Below, piece by piece: positions 32,491-42,529 of a stretch of 64,000 bases of DNA. The position numbers and the translations under genes were made by a program. The notes below the pieces were generated by a model that did not search any database, was not told the origin of the DNA, and was given only the letters and a program-made list of their open reading frames with translations. The stretch spans positions 1,167,933 through 1,231,932 of the forward strand of contig OZ241964.1 in assembly GCA_965204035.1 (NCBI GenBank). The letters run 5' to 3'. The stretch comes from Thermodesulfobacteriota bacterium. GTDB lineage: Bacteria; Desulfobacterota_D; UBA1144; Nemesobacterales; Nemesobacteraceae. The first letter of the stretch is position 1, and the number at the start of each line of letters is the position of its first letter.

Positions 32491-35400
32491 TCATAAGACC
32501 GGGGACCTTTTCCGGAACTCGAGCATGAGGCTGAAAACCGAAGGGATCAGAAACAGCGTGAAGACCGTGGAAAGAACAAGTCCGCCGACCACGACGCTTC
32601 CTAGGCCCTTGTAAAGCTCAGAGCCTTCCCCCGGGGCGAGCACGAGGGGAAGCATGCCGAATACGCTTGTGAGGGTGCTCATGAAAATCGGCCTTATCCT
32701 CACCCTTACCGATTCGCGTATGGCCGCCTGCTGCTCCATTCCCTCCCGCATGTTGTTAAGCGCCTGGTGAACTATGAGTATGGCGTTGTTAATGACTATT
32801 CCTATGAGGATCACAAAACCCAGCATCGTCAGTATATCAAGCGGCTGGTACGTGAACAGATTAAGCGCGAAGAGCCCCAGGAATCCTCCGAGGGAGGCAA
32901 ACGGAACCGTGATCAGGATAACCAGAGGATGGAGAAAACTCCCGAAAAGAGCCGCCATCAGCAGAAACGATATCACTACGGCCAGGAGAAAATTCAACTG
33001 AAGCGCGTCTTTTGCCGTCGCGAGCTTGTCCGCGGTCCCGGAGAGGACAAAACCGGTCCGCCCCCCTACCTGCCCGCTTTCACGGAGCACGGAGATTATA
33101 TTGTCGTTAATTGTCTCTATCGCCTCCTCAAGCGTAACTTCCTCGGGGGGAGTTATCTGTATCGTTATCACCCTCTGTCTTTCGTAGTGATTTATCTGTT
33201 CCGGGCCGTTCTCAAGGCTGACCCTGGCCAGTGCTCCCACGGTAATCACCTGCCCGCTAGGAGAAGTGATCATTATGTTCTCTATATCCTGGGTTCTCTC
33301 TGAGAAATCCTGCTCCGCCCGCAGGACTATGTCGACCTCCTGCCCCTCGAGGTTAAACTCGCTTGCCGCGACGCCGTCTATGAGGGATCTCACGGCAAAC
33401 CCGAGCTCGCTGTTGGTGATCCCGACCCGGGAAGCCGCCTCCCGCTCGGTAACGATCCTGATCTCGGGGCTTCCGAGATCAAGGCTCGGGATCGGTCTTA
33501 CCTGCGCCCCGGGAATGGCCTCCATGGACATGAAAAACACGCTTCTCGCGACCCTCAGTATCTCGTCGAGATCATCTCCCGTGACGTTAACGTCTATCGA
33601 TCTCCCCTCGCCTATGTTGGCGTTGAAGATGCTGGGCTGGATTATCACGCCGAACGTCCCGGGAATCTTGGATACCGTCTGCTGAAGAACGGGGAAGATC
33701 TTCTTTATTTCCTTTCTGTTCTCGGCGACCGCGCCCATGAAAATCTGTTTCCCCCTCGCGACGTAGAAGAAATTCTTTATGCGCGGGAGATCTTTGCCGG
33801 CCGCGGTTTCCCCGTTCATGTAGGGTTCGAGATCAGCCTCGATCTGCTCTCCGATGGCGGTGTATTCCTCGACATTGTATCCGGGAGGCGGGATAAGTAT
33901 CCCGAAAAGCAGGTTCCTGCTCCCAGTGGGCAAGTATTCGGTCTTGGGAAAGACGGCGATTATAAGCACTATTGACAGGAGGGTGAAGGAACCCACGAGA
34001 ATCGCCCTTTTCCGAACGCTTGTCATTATCTGCTCGGTAAAGCGGTTTATAAACCCCGAGACCCTTCCCGCGAAACCGAACAGACGCGACATGATACGAA
34101 GGCGCTCAAGAGATTCCGCGCCCTTCGTGGAGAGGTACTTCGAAGATGCGGACGGTATCACGGTTATTGAAACAAGAAGGCTCAGTATGACCGAAACGCT
34201 TATGGCTATGGCTATGTCGCGAAACAGCTGTCCCGTCTGCTCCTCGATGAACATGATCGGAATGAACACGGCGGCCGTGGTGAGGGTGCTTGCAAGCACC
34301 GCCCCCCAGACCTCGGTCGTGCCGTCGTAGGCCGCCTCCACTCTCGATTTTCCCATCTGCATGTGGCGGTACACGTTTTCAAGGACCACGATCGAGTTGT
34401 CTATGACCATGCCGACGGCGAAGCTCATCCCCGCGAGACTGACCACGTTTATGCTGCGCCCGAGCGCCTCGAAAACTATGAAAGTCCCTACGACGCTTGA
34501 CGGTATCGCGATTGCCACAATCATCGTGCTGCTCGCGCTTCTGAGGAAAAGAAGAAGAACCGTTATGGCAAGCACGCCGCCGATGATAAGATTGTTCCTC
34601 ACAAGGTTTATCGCGCTTTTTATGTACCCGGTCTCTTCGTAGACATTGCGGAGGCGAAGCCCGCTTTCCTTGAGGACGCCTGAATTCAGTTCCTCAACGG
34701 CCGCGAAGATGCCCTCCTTGACCTCTATTGAGTTCGCCCCGCTTTCGCGAAGCACGTTAACGGCGATGGAGGGCTCCCCGTTCTGCCTCACGGTGTAGCC
34801 CGGATCCTCGTATCCGAGGCGGACAGCGGCAACGTCCCTCAGGTAAACGGGAAGCCCGCTTGGCGCCGTAGCGACCACTATGTTTTCTATGTCCCGCGTG
34901 GTTCTGTACTCTCCGACGGTCCTGACGAGATACTGCCTCTTGCCCTCGTTAAAGGAACCGGCGCTGAAATTCTCATTCTCCCTGTCAATGGAAGCGGCAA
35001 GCTCGGCTATCGTGATGTTTCTGTTGACAAGCGCGGCGGGGTCGAAAAGAACCTCTATGCGCCGCTCCCTTCCGCCGAACACGTTCGAGGCTCCGACTCC
35101 GGGAACCCTCTCAAGCCTAGTGCGGATTATCTGGTCCGCGAAGTCGTAGTAGAGATTTATATCCGCGGGATTGCCGGCAAGGGGCTTTAGGATAAACCAC
35201 GCCATGGCGTTTGCCCTGGGATCGACGGTGGTTATCACGGGCCGCTCGACCTCGTCGGGATACTCCCTTACCTGGTCAAGCCTGTTTGACACCTTGACCA
35301 CCTTGGAGTCGATGTCGGCGCCGGTTTCAAACTCGAGTATTACCTCAGAGGAGTTCTCCGAGCTCTCGCTGTCAAGCCTCCTGAGGCCCGTTATTCCGCG

Positions 35401-35613
35401 AAGCTCGTCTTCCTGCTCGTTTACCACCTCGCTTTCCATCTCAAAGGGGCTTGCCCCCCTCCAGAAAGTGCTCACGGTAACCCTGAGGGTCTCCACGTCC
35501 GGGGTAAGCTGAACGGGAATCCTGAAAAGCGAGATAACCCCGAAAATAACGAGGAATATAACGCCGACGGCTACGGTTACGGGGTTTTTTATGGAGGTCT
35601 CGACAAGATTCAT
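32491..35613 (-). CDS. RND efflux transporter permease (AcrB/HAE1 family)
   Basis: 1,040 aa with 12 TM segments and two large periplasmic loops, typical AcrB architecture. The start overlaps the upstream adaptor gene. Confidence 0.95.
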   Translation of the reverse strand: MNLVETSIKNPVTVAVGVIFLVIFGVISLFRIPVQLTPDVETLRVTVSTFWRGASPFEMESEVVNEQEDELRGITGLRRLDSESSENSSEVILEFETGADIDSKVVKVSNRLDQVREYPDEVERPVITTVDPRANAMAWFILKPLAGNPADINLYYDFADQIIRTRLERVPGVGASNVFGGRERRIEVLFDPAALVNRNITIAELAASIDRENENFSAGSFNEGKRQYLVRTVGEYRTTRDIENIVVATAPSGLPVYLRDVAAVRLGYEDPGYTVRQNGEPSIAVNVLRESGANSIEVKEGIFAAVEELNSGVLKESGLRLRNVYEETGYIKSAINLVRNNLIIGGVLAITVLLLFLRSASSTMIVAIAIPSSVVGTFIVFEALGRSINVVSLAGMSFAVGMVIDNSIVVLENVYRHMQMGKSRVEAAYDGTTEVWGAVLASTLTTAAVFIPIMFIEEQTGQLFRDIAIAISVSVILSLLVSITVIPSASSKYLSTKGAESLERLRIMSRLFGFAGRVSGFINRFTEQIMTSVRKRAILVGSFTLLSIVLIIAVFPKTEYLPTGSRNLLFGILIPPPGYNVEEYTAIGEQIEADLEPYMNGETAAGKDLPRIKNFFYVARGKQIFMGAVAENRKEIKKIFPVLQQTVSKIPGTFGVIIQPSIFNANIGEGRSIDVNVTGDDLDEILRVARSVFFMSMEAIPGAQVRPIPSLDLGSPEIRIVTEREAASRVGITNSELGFAVRSLIDGVAASEFNLEGQEVDIVLRAEQDFSERTQDIENIMITSPSGQVITVGALARVSLENGPEQINHYERQRVITIQITPPEEVTLEEAIETINDNIISVLRESGQVGGRTGFVLSGTADKLATAKDALQLNFLLAVVISFLLMAALFGSFLHPLVILITVPFASLGGFLGLFALNLFTYQPLDILTMLGFVILIGIVINNAILIVHQALNNMREGMEQQAAIRESVRVRIRPIFMSTLTSVFGMLPLVLAPGEGSELYKGLGSVVVGGLVLSTVFTLFLIPSVFSLMLEFRKRSPVL

Positions 35614-36677
35614 TGCTCTATGGTGTCAGTGATCCTGACTTTCTGCATGGGCCTGAGTCTCTCGTTTCCCCTTACGACCACGCTCTCCCCCACGCTTACT
35701 TCCCCCTCGACGCGAGTGAAGCTCCCGTACCAGCCCTTTTCTTCAACCGGCACCTGGTGGGCGAGGCTCTCCCTCACGGCAAAAACCACAGAGCCCTGGG
35801 GAGACCTGACTATGGAATCTTTCGGTACGAGCTTTATTTTCTCGGTTTCGCCGATTCTTGCCATGATTACCGCGGAAGCCGAGGACTTTATCGTATGATC
35901 CGGGTTCTCAAGCACCACCCTTACCGGAAAGGACACGGCCCTGGGGTCCGCGTCGGGGATGACCGAAGAGATTTTCGCGGTAACGGTGAGCCGGTTGTGG
36001 GAGGGCAGCATGACCTCGACCTCCATGCCCTCGCTTATGTCATCTATGTACCTCTCGGGTACCCCGGCCATTACCTCTATCGTGTCTATGTCGACAAAGG
36101 AAACCACCTGGTCCCCCATACCGAGCCACTGTCCCGCTTCGGCGTGGTGCTTGGTCACGTAGCCGTTAAAGGGAGCGGCGATTCTCGACGCCGCGAGATC
36201 GTATTCGGCGATCTCGATGCGGCTTTCAAGGCTGAGCAGCCCGGCCCGGTCGGACTCCCTCTGGGTCCTCGCCCTGTCAAAATCTCCGTCAGAAACAATC
36301 CCTTTCTCGTAAAGCTCCTCCATCCTCGCAAAATCTTTTTCAGAAAGCTCGGCCCTAGCAAGGGCTTCCTTTCTCTGGTTTTTAAGCTGCTCGAGGGCAA
36401 GGCGGATCTTGTCGTTCTTTATCTCGGCGAGGGTCTCGCCCTTTTTTACGTACTGGCCCTCCTCGGCGTTTATTTTCCCGACGACTCCCTCGACCTCGCT
36501 TGATATGACGGATTTCCTAGCGGGAAACGTCGCGCCGACGAGTCTGAGGGGTTTTTTCACCTCTCTTTCGACGACCGGGGATACCACCACGGGAGCGTCC
36601 GGGGGCTGGGAGAGGGAGAGCCCGGGAAAAAGGCATATAGAGAAAAAGAGAAAAAACAGTTTTATCCGCTTAACCAA
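35610..36677 (-). CDS. RND efflux periplasmic adaptor (membrane fusion protein, HlyD family)
   Basis: Signal/anchor, coiled-coil hairpin (…LALEQLKNQRKEALARAELSEKDF…), lipoyl and beta-barrel segments. The stop overlaps the pump start (ATGA). Confidence 0.9.
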   Translation of the reverse strand: MVKRIKLFFLFFSICLFPGLSLSQPPDAPVVVSPVVEREVKKPLRLVGATFPARKSVISSEVEGVVGKINAEEGQYVKKGETLAEIKNDKIRLALEQLKNQRKEALARAELSEKDFARMEELYEKGIVSDGDFDRARTQRESDRAGLLSLESRIEIAEYDLAASRIAAPFNGYVTKHHAEAGQWLGMGDQVVSFVDIDTIEVMAGVPERYIDDISEGMEVEVMLPSHNRLTVTAKISSVIPDADPRAVSFPVRVVLENPDHTIKSSASAVIMARIGETEKIKLVPKDSIVRSPQGSVVFAVRESLAHQVPVEEKGWYGSFTRVEGEVSVGESVVVRGNERLRPMQKVRITDTIEQ

Positions 36678-37131
36678 AGTTCACTCTCCATTATCTGAAC
36701 ACTCCTCTCAGAATAACCGCAAAGAACCCGCGCGCACCGTATTTAAAGCCAGGGACGGTATGCGCGCATTCTGAAATCTCCCAAATTATACACGACTAAG
36801 CGACCGGGACTATAAGCGACTGGCACTAGGGTTTTACGTAGCGGGATTTTCCTTTGCGGGGCAGGAACCTTTTTTCCGGGGTCTTTCTTCGCCGTCAATG
36901 AAGAGGTTGCATATTATTTCCGTACCGACCACGGCTTGAGTTATGACAGACAGTTTCTTGCGCATATCCGCCCGGGGACAGCTTGATGTTTTGCCGCCCC
37001 GTTTCGGGGTTGGTAAAAAGGTGCGTTCAAATGCCGGAAAAAACAAAGGGGCGATCCTAACCGAATTAAGATCATTCCCTTGTTAAGCCAGTGTTACCCG
37101 CAGAAAGACTGCCGGTATTACGAGAAAGTCT

Positions 37132-38553
37132 CTACGCATGTCTTCTCAGGAAAACAACAGAGAAGAAAGCGGACGCTGTCAGAAGCAGGCTGAGCAAAGC
37201 GGCCTGAGACCTATTGCTGGCTCCGGCGATAGCGCATCCACCTCCACCACCTGACGTCGTTTCTTCTGGCGCCATTTCTGGTGGATTATAAATTCCGGAA
37301 CCGAAGATTAATAGCTCGACAGGAGAAGGAACCTGAGACTCTGTTAAAGGAGTAACGGCAGCAACTGCTTTGGGAACTCCTCCGTTTATGTCGGCAACCT
37401 CGATATAGCTTCTTTTAGGCGTTGTGCCGGGAACCTTTCCATCTTCGAAAAAGTTCGGGACGTCATCGTCTGGATCTGTAGGGTCGTCCCAGTGGTACTC
37501 GACATAGGCGGAATTTTCGTCTCCCAATGCGTTGTTAAACAGCCTCGCTATATTCTGCTCACCCGACAATAGATCATCTTCCAATTCGAGGTTGGCGCCG
37601 TTCAAATCAAAGTTGTTTCCGTTCACAAGTACTGTGGATTCTGTTAGATCTGTACCCATTATAAAAATATATATGTTTTCATGCTTGAAATCTCCACTTC
37701 CAAAACAGAAAAGCCGCTCTTGAATTCTTGCGGTTACTGTTCTATAAAGTTCTGCTTGTGTTGTCGGGTCTACCAGCGGAGCTAGGGTTAAGGGGTTCTG
37801 TAGATCAACGCCGTCCAGTTTGCCGATTTCTTCCACTGTTAGTCTTCCTACATCTTCTTGAATTGTTTCTATAACATCTTTTACGAAAGCTTCAAGATTG
37901 GCGTTGCTCGGGTCCTCGAAAACATTTTCAGCGGTGGTTTCAAGCGTGAGACCTGAACAGTCAGGTTCCCTGAAAACGGCGTCAAGGTTATCCAAGTCTT
38001 CCTCGTGATGAAGACCCGCTATGATAGTTAGATTTTCACCAAGGCCGCTCTCTACTTTTTCTGCACAGACTACCCTTTCATTGTTCTCGCCGTAATCTTC
38101 GCAATTCGTAGCTCCAGTAGCTGAATTCTCGAGTAAAGCCTTAAAGATCTCCGCAAGCGGTGTCCCGGCATCTGGATTAATCTTGTAATTTATCAATTCG
38201 GGGTATCTCGCGTGATTTGTTATAACAAGATTATCGGTTATCTCCATTGCGTAGATTTCACCGTGCCTGTAGTCTCCATCTTCTCGCCTGATCTCTCTGG
38301 AGAATATTGTCAGTTGTTTGTATAGCTCGACGCGTCTTTCCTCAAAGTCATCACCAATGAACGGGTCCCTAATTTGATTGTAGTGAGCCACTATATGCTT
38401 AATCAACTCTTTCATGTGCTGTTCATTTCCAGGTTCGACATCAGCTGCGGTTCTGCTCTGACCGTCATCGTGGCTAGCAGATGCCTCGATAGTGAATGAA
38501 AAAACAAGCCCTAATACAAAAAACAGAATCATTCCGTATGTTCTGAATTTCAT
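37132..38553 (-). CDS. AT-rich secreted Cache-domain (sCache_2-like) ligand-binding protein with a C-terminal Gly/Cys-rich sorting-signal-like tail
   Basis: Signal peptide (…TIEASA). Cache-like motif YVEYHWDDP…KRSYIEV. C-terminus SGGGGGCAIAGAS…LLSLLLTASAFFSVVFLRRHA (Gly run, Cys, TM helix, RR), reminiscent of GlyGly-CTERM/MYXO-CTERM-type sorting tags. No cytoplasmic signalling domain. Confidence 0.6.
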   Translation of the reverse strand: MKFRTYGMILFFVLGLVFSFTIEASASHDDGQSRTAADVEPGNEQHMKELIKHIVAHYNQIRDPFIGDDFEERRVELYKQLTIFSREIRREDGDYRHGEIYAMEITDNLVITNHARYPELINYKINPDAGTPLAEIFKALLENSATGATNCEDYGENNERVVCAEKVESGLGENLTIIAGLHHEEDLDNLDAVFREPDCSGLTLETTAENVFEDPSNANLEAFVKDVIETIQEDVGRLTVEEIGKLDGVDLQNPLTLAPLVDPTTQAELYRTVTARIQERLFCFGSGDFKHENIYIFIMGTDLTESTVLVNGNNFDLNGANLELEDDLLSGEQNIARLFNNALGDENSAYVEYHWDDPTDPDDDVPNFFEDGKVPGTTPKRSYIEVADINGGVPKAVAAVTPLTESQVPSPVELLIFGSGIYNPPEMAPEETTSGGGGGCAIAGASNRSQAALLSLLLTASAFFSVVFLRRHA

Positions 38554-38796
38554 TTTATTTATTCTCCAGTAATTTTTCCAATATTGTACTTACCTTGGTT
38601 GCAGACTTCCCGTATTAGGAAGATACGATTAGTCCTAGGTACTTATAGCGAGTTTAACAAACATGAATGTGCGCCGTCAAGCATTTATTCAGGCTTGTAG
38701 AGAGTACGTTATATGACCGGTTTTTGAGTACGTGAGTTGAGACTGTGAAGATATTCTCTGTTTCCCCGGGAACATCTTTTGCGGCACGCCTTTATA

Positions 38797-39981
38797 TCAA
38801 GAACGGGGACGGTCGCGCAGCCCGCCGCCATAGTCGCCGTCCGGCTCGCGATAGATCGTGTGGACGTGATCCACGGGATTGCCGGCGTCGCTTCCCCCGC
38901 GCGAGTCATTCGCATACTCGACAATGACCGACGGTCCCTGAATGACATAGGAAACGTCGCTCCCGGCCGCGATCGGGCCGCTCCAGGCAAACCAGGTCTC
39001 GTCGAGCCCATCTGAAAACCGCTCCTTCCGCGCCCGCGCATGATGTGGCGGCATGAGGTCGAACCACTGTGAAGCCAGGGCGAGAAGCTTCTCCCTCTGC
39101 GCCCTGTTAAGCAGCCTGCAGGGAATGCCGACGGGCTCCGGGACGACACCGTCCCAACCGGGGCCGACCCGCAGGGCGCCGCGCCGGTCGGAGATCACGG
39201 CCAGGGCGCGCTGCTCCGCCGTCAGGCTCGCGGCCAGGTCGTGCGCGAGATCGGTCTCCGCGGCCAGCGGCCGCAGTTTCACGCCCGCCGCAGTGAAGGC
39301 TTGCGGATATGTGCCGATGAAGCTCGGCGACATGTACCAGGCATCGCCATCGAGCGTGATGTTGAAGGCGATATGATGCCCGTCCAGCTGCACCGCCCAT
39401 CGCGACGTCGACGAGGGCGGACCGAACACGGAGAACCGAAACGCTTCGATCCCGACCCCCGGATTGATCTTGCCGTCGATGGTGGCGCGCAGATCGTCCC
39501 CCAGCATGACATCCCGTACCTTGCCGTAACCCTTCTCGCTCAGCAGTGCCGCGAGAAGGTCCGAGAACGCGCGAATCCGGGCCTCGTCCAGATCGCCGAG
39601 GGCAATGCCGCCGACATCTCCGCGTACCGGGGCATTGGTCCACCTGGTTCTTTCCGCGCTCGTCAGGCCGTGGTGCGCAGACCGTCTCTGCGCCTCGCTC
39701 AGCAAACCCAGGAAGCGGTTCGCCGCTCGCGCCGCGGTCTCCGGCGAGCGGTCCGGCGGGGACGGCCGATACGTGCCCAGAACGGCGCCGGCGCGGGATT
39801 CGTAACCCGCAAAATCCATGGCGGCGTCCGCGGCCCGGACTCCGCCCGCCACGGCCGACGGCGGGAGCAACATGCAGAGAAAAAGCAATCCGAACGACAG
39901 TCTCATCGGGACATCCTGCGTATTCAAGAATAAAGGGACACTCATTCCGAGAACAAGGGGGACAGCAAAACGCTTTCCCAC
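38797..39981 (-). CDS. GC-rich (approximately 68%) secreted protein of unknown function (possible DUF3500-like); probable start near 39906
   Basis: A long ORF in a segment whose GC is far above the window average. Signal-like N-terminus (MRLSFGLLFLCMLLPPSAVAGG). Overlapping antisense ORFs are explained by the high GC. Confidence 0.55.
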   Translation of the reverse strand: MGKRFAVPLVLGMSVPLFLNTQDVPMRLSFGLLFLCMLLPPSAVAGGVRAADAAMDFAGYESRAGAVLGTYRPSPPDRSPETAARAANRFLGLLSEAQRRSAHHGLTSAERTRWTNAPVRGDVGGIALGDLDEARIRAFSDLLAALLSEKGYGKVRDVMLGDDLRATIDGKINPGVGIEAFRFSVFGPPSSTSRWAVQLDGHHIAFNITLDGDAWYMSPSFIGTYPQAFTAAGVKLRPLAAETDLAHDLAASLTAEQRALAVISDRRGALRVGPGWDGVVPEPVGIPCRLLNRAQREKLLALASQWFDLMPPHHARARKERFSDGLDETWFAWSGPIAAGSDVSYVIQGPSVIVEYANDSRGGSDAGNPVDHVHTIYREPDGDYGGGLRDRPRS

Positions 39982-40171
39982 AGGACAGACTTTAACACGC
40001 CTTAAATTTCCCTGTCAAATAACGAGCGAAAAGTCTGTTTTTTCCTGAGAATCACCCCTGTTTTTTTTCCTTTGCCAACCTGTTTTTCCATCTTCCCGGC
40101 CACAATTCTCTCCTTGTATTATTCCAGATTGGTATTAGCATATAGGCATAAAACCCCCAAAGGAGATTTAA

Positions 40172-40504
40172 ATGGCATCCTCAAACATAGTCGAAGTAGT
40201 AGATTCCGTGTTCGATAAGGAAGTAATGGAAAGCGAAGTTCCCGTCCTGGTTGACTTCTGGGCTCCCTGGTGCGGTCCCTGCAGGGCCCTTTCCCCCGTC
40301 ATCGAGGAGATCTCCAATGACTACGAAGGCAGCGTGAAGGTGGGAAAGGTGAATGTGGATGAGAACCCGGAGACCACGATGAAATTCAGCATAAGAAGCA
40401 TTCCCACGCTGATAGTTTTTAAAAACGGCGAGGTCGCCGAGCAGATAATCGGCGCCGTCCCGAAAAGTGAAATAGAAAAGGTACTGAACAAGGCTCTGGA
40501 CTGA
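40172..40504 (+). CDS. trxA: Thioredoxin
   Basis: WCGPC active site. 110 aa. Confidence 0.95.
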   Translation: MASSNIVEVVDSVFDKEVMESEVPVLVDFWAPWCGPCRALSPVIEEISNDYEGSVKVGKVNVDENPETTMKFSIRSIPTLIVFKNGEVAEQIIGAVPKSEIEKVLNKALD

Positions 40505-40530
40505 TAAGTTCCGGGCGCGGGCACGATAAG

Positions 40531-40821
40531 ATGGGCAAATACATAATGCTTAGCAACCTCACCGATGAGGGCAGAAGGACCATAAAGATGAGGCCCGAGA
40601 GGATAAACGAGGTTAACAGGGAACTTGAGGAGATGGGCGCCAAGGTTGAAGCCCAGTACGCGGCACTCGGCCCCTACGACTTCGTGAACATAGTGGAGGC
40701 ACCTGACAATGAAACGATCACCAAGATCGTGATAGAACTCGGCTCGAGGGGCACAATCCACATAGAAACCCTTGCCGCAATCCCCATAGGCGAGTTCGAA
40801 GAAAAGCTTATAAACGAATAG
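40531..40821 (+). CDS. GYD-domain protein
   Basis: 96 aa with an LGPYDFV motif characteristic of the GYD family. Confidence 0.7.
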   Translation: MGKYIMLSNLTDEGRRTIKMRPERINEVNRELEEMGAKVEAQYAALGPYDFVNIVEAPDNETITKIVIELGSRGTIHIETLAAIPIGEFEEKLINE

Positions 40822-40981
40822 CCCCTCCCTTCCCAGAGCATTAAACGAAAGAAACTTTTTACCTGTATATAAATCATCGCAAAAAAACTGGACCGTTTAG
40901 CCCTGTTCTGATGTATAATCGTAAAGTACATCAACCGACCGGAGATTCGGTGATGGTGATACATATTTCAACTGGAGGTAT

Positions 40982-42295
40982 ATGGCTGTGAAAAGATTAA
41001 TCATTCTGGGTTCTGTCCTGTTTTTGGTTTCCATGGGAATATTCTCTTCGGGGTGCTTTCACGACGAAGAAGATGAGGCAGTAGTGGATTGCGCGGAAGT
41101 TTTCTGCATAGGAACACTTCTGGCTGAAGGCGAAGGGTTTAACGATCCTCTTATAGAGGCCGTGGATCTCGCGAAAGGAGACATTAACAAGGCGGGAGGA
41201 AACATAGAAATCATAAGCGGAAACTCTTTTAAGGCAGCAGCGGGCGAAGCGACCGCAAGCGCGACGCGGCTTCTTGGAATGGGTGTACGCGGCATGGTAG
41301 CACCTTCATACTCTGCAGACTCTCTGGCTCTTCTTCCTTTTCTGGTCGAAAATAAAATAGTCGCCATTTCGCCCTCGGCAACTTCTCCCCTCCTTACCGA
41401 TGCAAACAAAAAGCTCGTGGACGGCGGCAACCAGCATTTTTTCTTCAGAATACCCCCCTCTGACCGCTTTCAGGCACCAATACTGGCGACGAAGCTGTCT
41501 CGGGGCAACACGGTTATAGTGAATCGTGATGACGCATGGGGCAAAGCCCTCGCGAAGCTTGCCAGAGACGAAATAATGTCTGACGGCGACAGACAGGTCG
41601 AGGTTGTCAGCTATGACCACAGACGTTTTCCAGAAGATGCTGATGACGCTACGGTTTCAAGGAACGCCGCCGATGTGGTTTCAGACGTTGAAGCTGCAGT
41701 GCAACGAATCCCGGATGTGCAGTCTATAATCGTACTCGTTTTTGATGTAGAGGGAGGGAGAATAATCAAGGGCATGCTTGATTCTTCGGTGATTCCTGGG
41801 GAAGTCGGATATTACGTCGGGGACGGGCTCAATTTCAAGAAATCCCTTTTCCCCCATGTCGATGAGGAAGACGGTGAGATTGAGGGATTCAGGCGCATAG
41901 CTTCGGTTCCGCCTCCGGGCGAAAGGCTTGAAGAATTCAAAGACCGGATTGACTTTGGTGACTTCTCCGCGCACGCCTATGATGCGGTGGTCGTACTCAG
42001 CCTGGCGGCCCTAAGCGCCGGAAGCAATAACCCTTCTGATTATGTTTCCGAAATCCAGGGGGTCACGAGAGATGGAACAAAGTGCCACAGCTATGCTACC
42101 TGCGCCGCGGCGCTTACCGATGAAACCGCGATTAACGACGACATTGACTACGAAGGACTTTCGGGCCCAATCGATCTTAACGATAACGGAGACATAACCG
42201 ATGGACTCTATGCGGTTGATACATACAACGCTCAAGGTGAAGTGGAGAAAAGAACCTATTTAAACTTTGAAGGCGAAGAAGTGAATACGAATTAA
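40982..42295 (+). CDS. Orphan periplasmic substrate-binding lipoprotein, type 1 PBP fold (Leu/Ile/Val-binding/ANF-receptor family)
   Basis: Signal plus lipobox (FSSGC). Peripla_BP_6-like sequence. No permease or ATPase genes are adjacent. Confidence 0.75.
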   Translation: MAVKRLIILGSVLFLVSMGIFSSGCFHDEEDEAVVDCAEVFCIGTLLAEGEGFNDPLIEAVDLAKGDINKAGGNIEIISGNSFKAAAGEATASATRLLGMGVRGMVAPSYSADSLALLPFLVENKIVAISPSATSPLLTDANKKLVDGGNQHFFFRIPPSDRFQAPILATKLSRGNTVIVNRDDAWGKALAKLARDEIMSDGDRQVEVVSYDHRRFPEDADDATVSRNAADVVSDVEAAVQRIPDVQSIIVLVFDVEGGRIIKGMLDSSVIPGEVGYYVGDGLNFKKSLFPHVDEEDGEIEGFRRIASVPPPGERLEEFKDRIDFGDFSAHAYDAVVVLSLAALSAGSNNPSDYVSEIQGVTRDGTKCHSYATCAAALTDETAINDDIDYEGLSGPIDLNDNGDITDGLYAVDTYNAQGEVEKRTYLNFEGEEVNTN

Positions 42296-42349
42296 CTTCC
42301 TCGGCAACAAGCCCGTATTGTTCGCTACGGGCCGGGGAAAACAGCTTCG

Positions 42350-42390
42350 GGAGGTCGGTCGAAAATGCCGACCTCCTGAGATTTCAGGCC
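42350..42390 (+). terminator. Possible stem-loop terminator after the substrate-binding protein gene (GGAGGTCGG-N9-CCGACCTCC)
   Basis: A perfect 9-bp inverted repeat is visible. The downstream U-tract is weak (TGAGATTTC). Confidence 0.25.
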
Positions 42391-42529
42391 TGTCAGCGGC
42401 ATTCACTGACCTTCCCTCCCACGTACTTCCACAAGGGCGCTCTTCGGTGCCGGAAACTTTATTTTTGATTGAAGAGCGTATAATCTTAACCAACCCGCGG
42501 GGCTAACTGCTCACCCGGGAAAACTTACT

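Noticed and set aside
35613-36503. 296-aa plus-strand ORF opposite the RND adaptor gene
   Set aside because: Shadow ORF of a GC-rich coding region. Pro/Gly/Arg-rich translation with no domain.
39107-39995. Several overlapping ORFs (178, 230 and 149 aa) inside or antisense to the 68%-GC gene at 38797-39981
   Set aside because: Expected spurious ORFs in very GC-rich DNA. Arg/Pro/Gly-rich translations. Only the longest frame with a signal peptide was kept.
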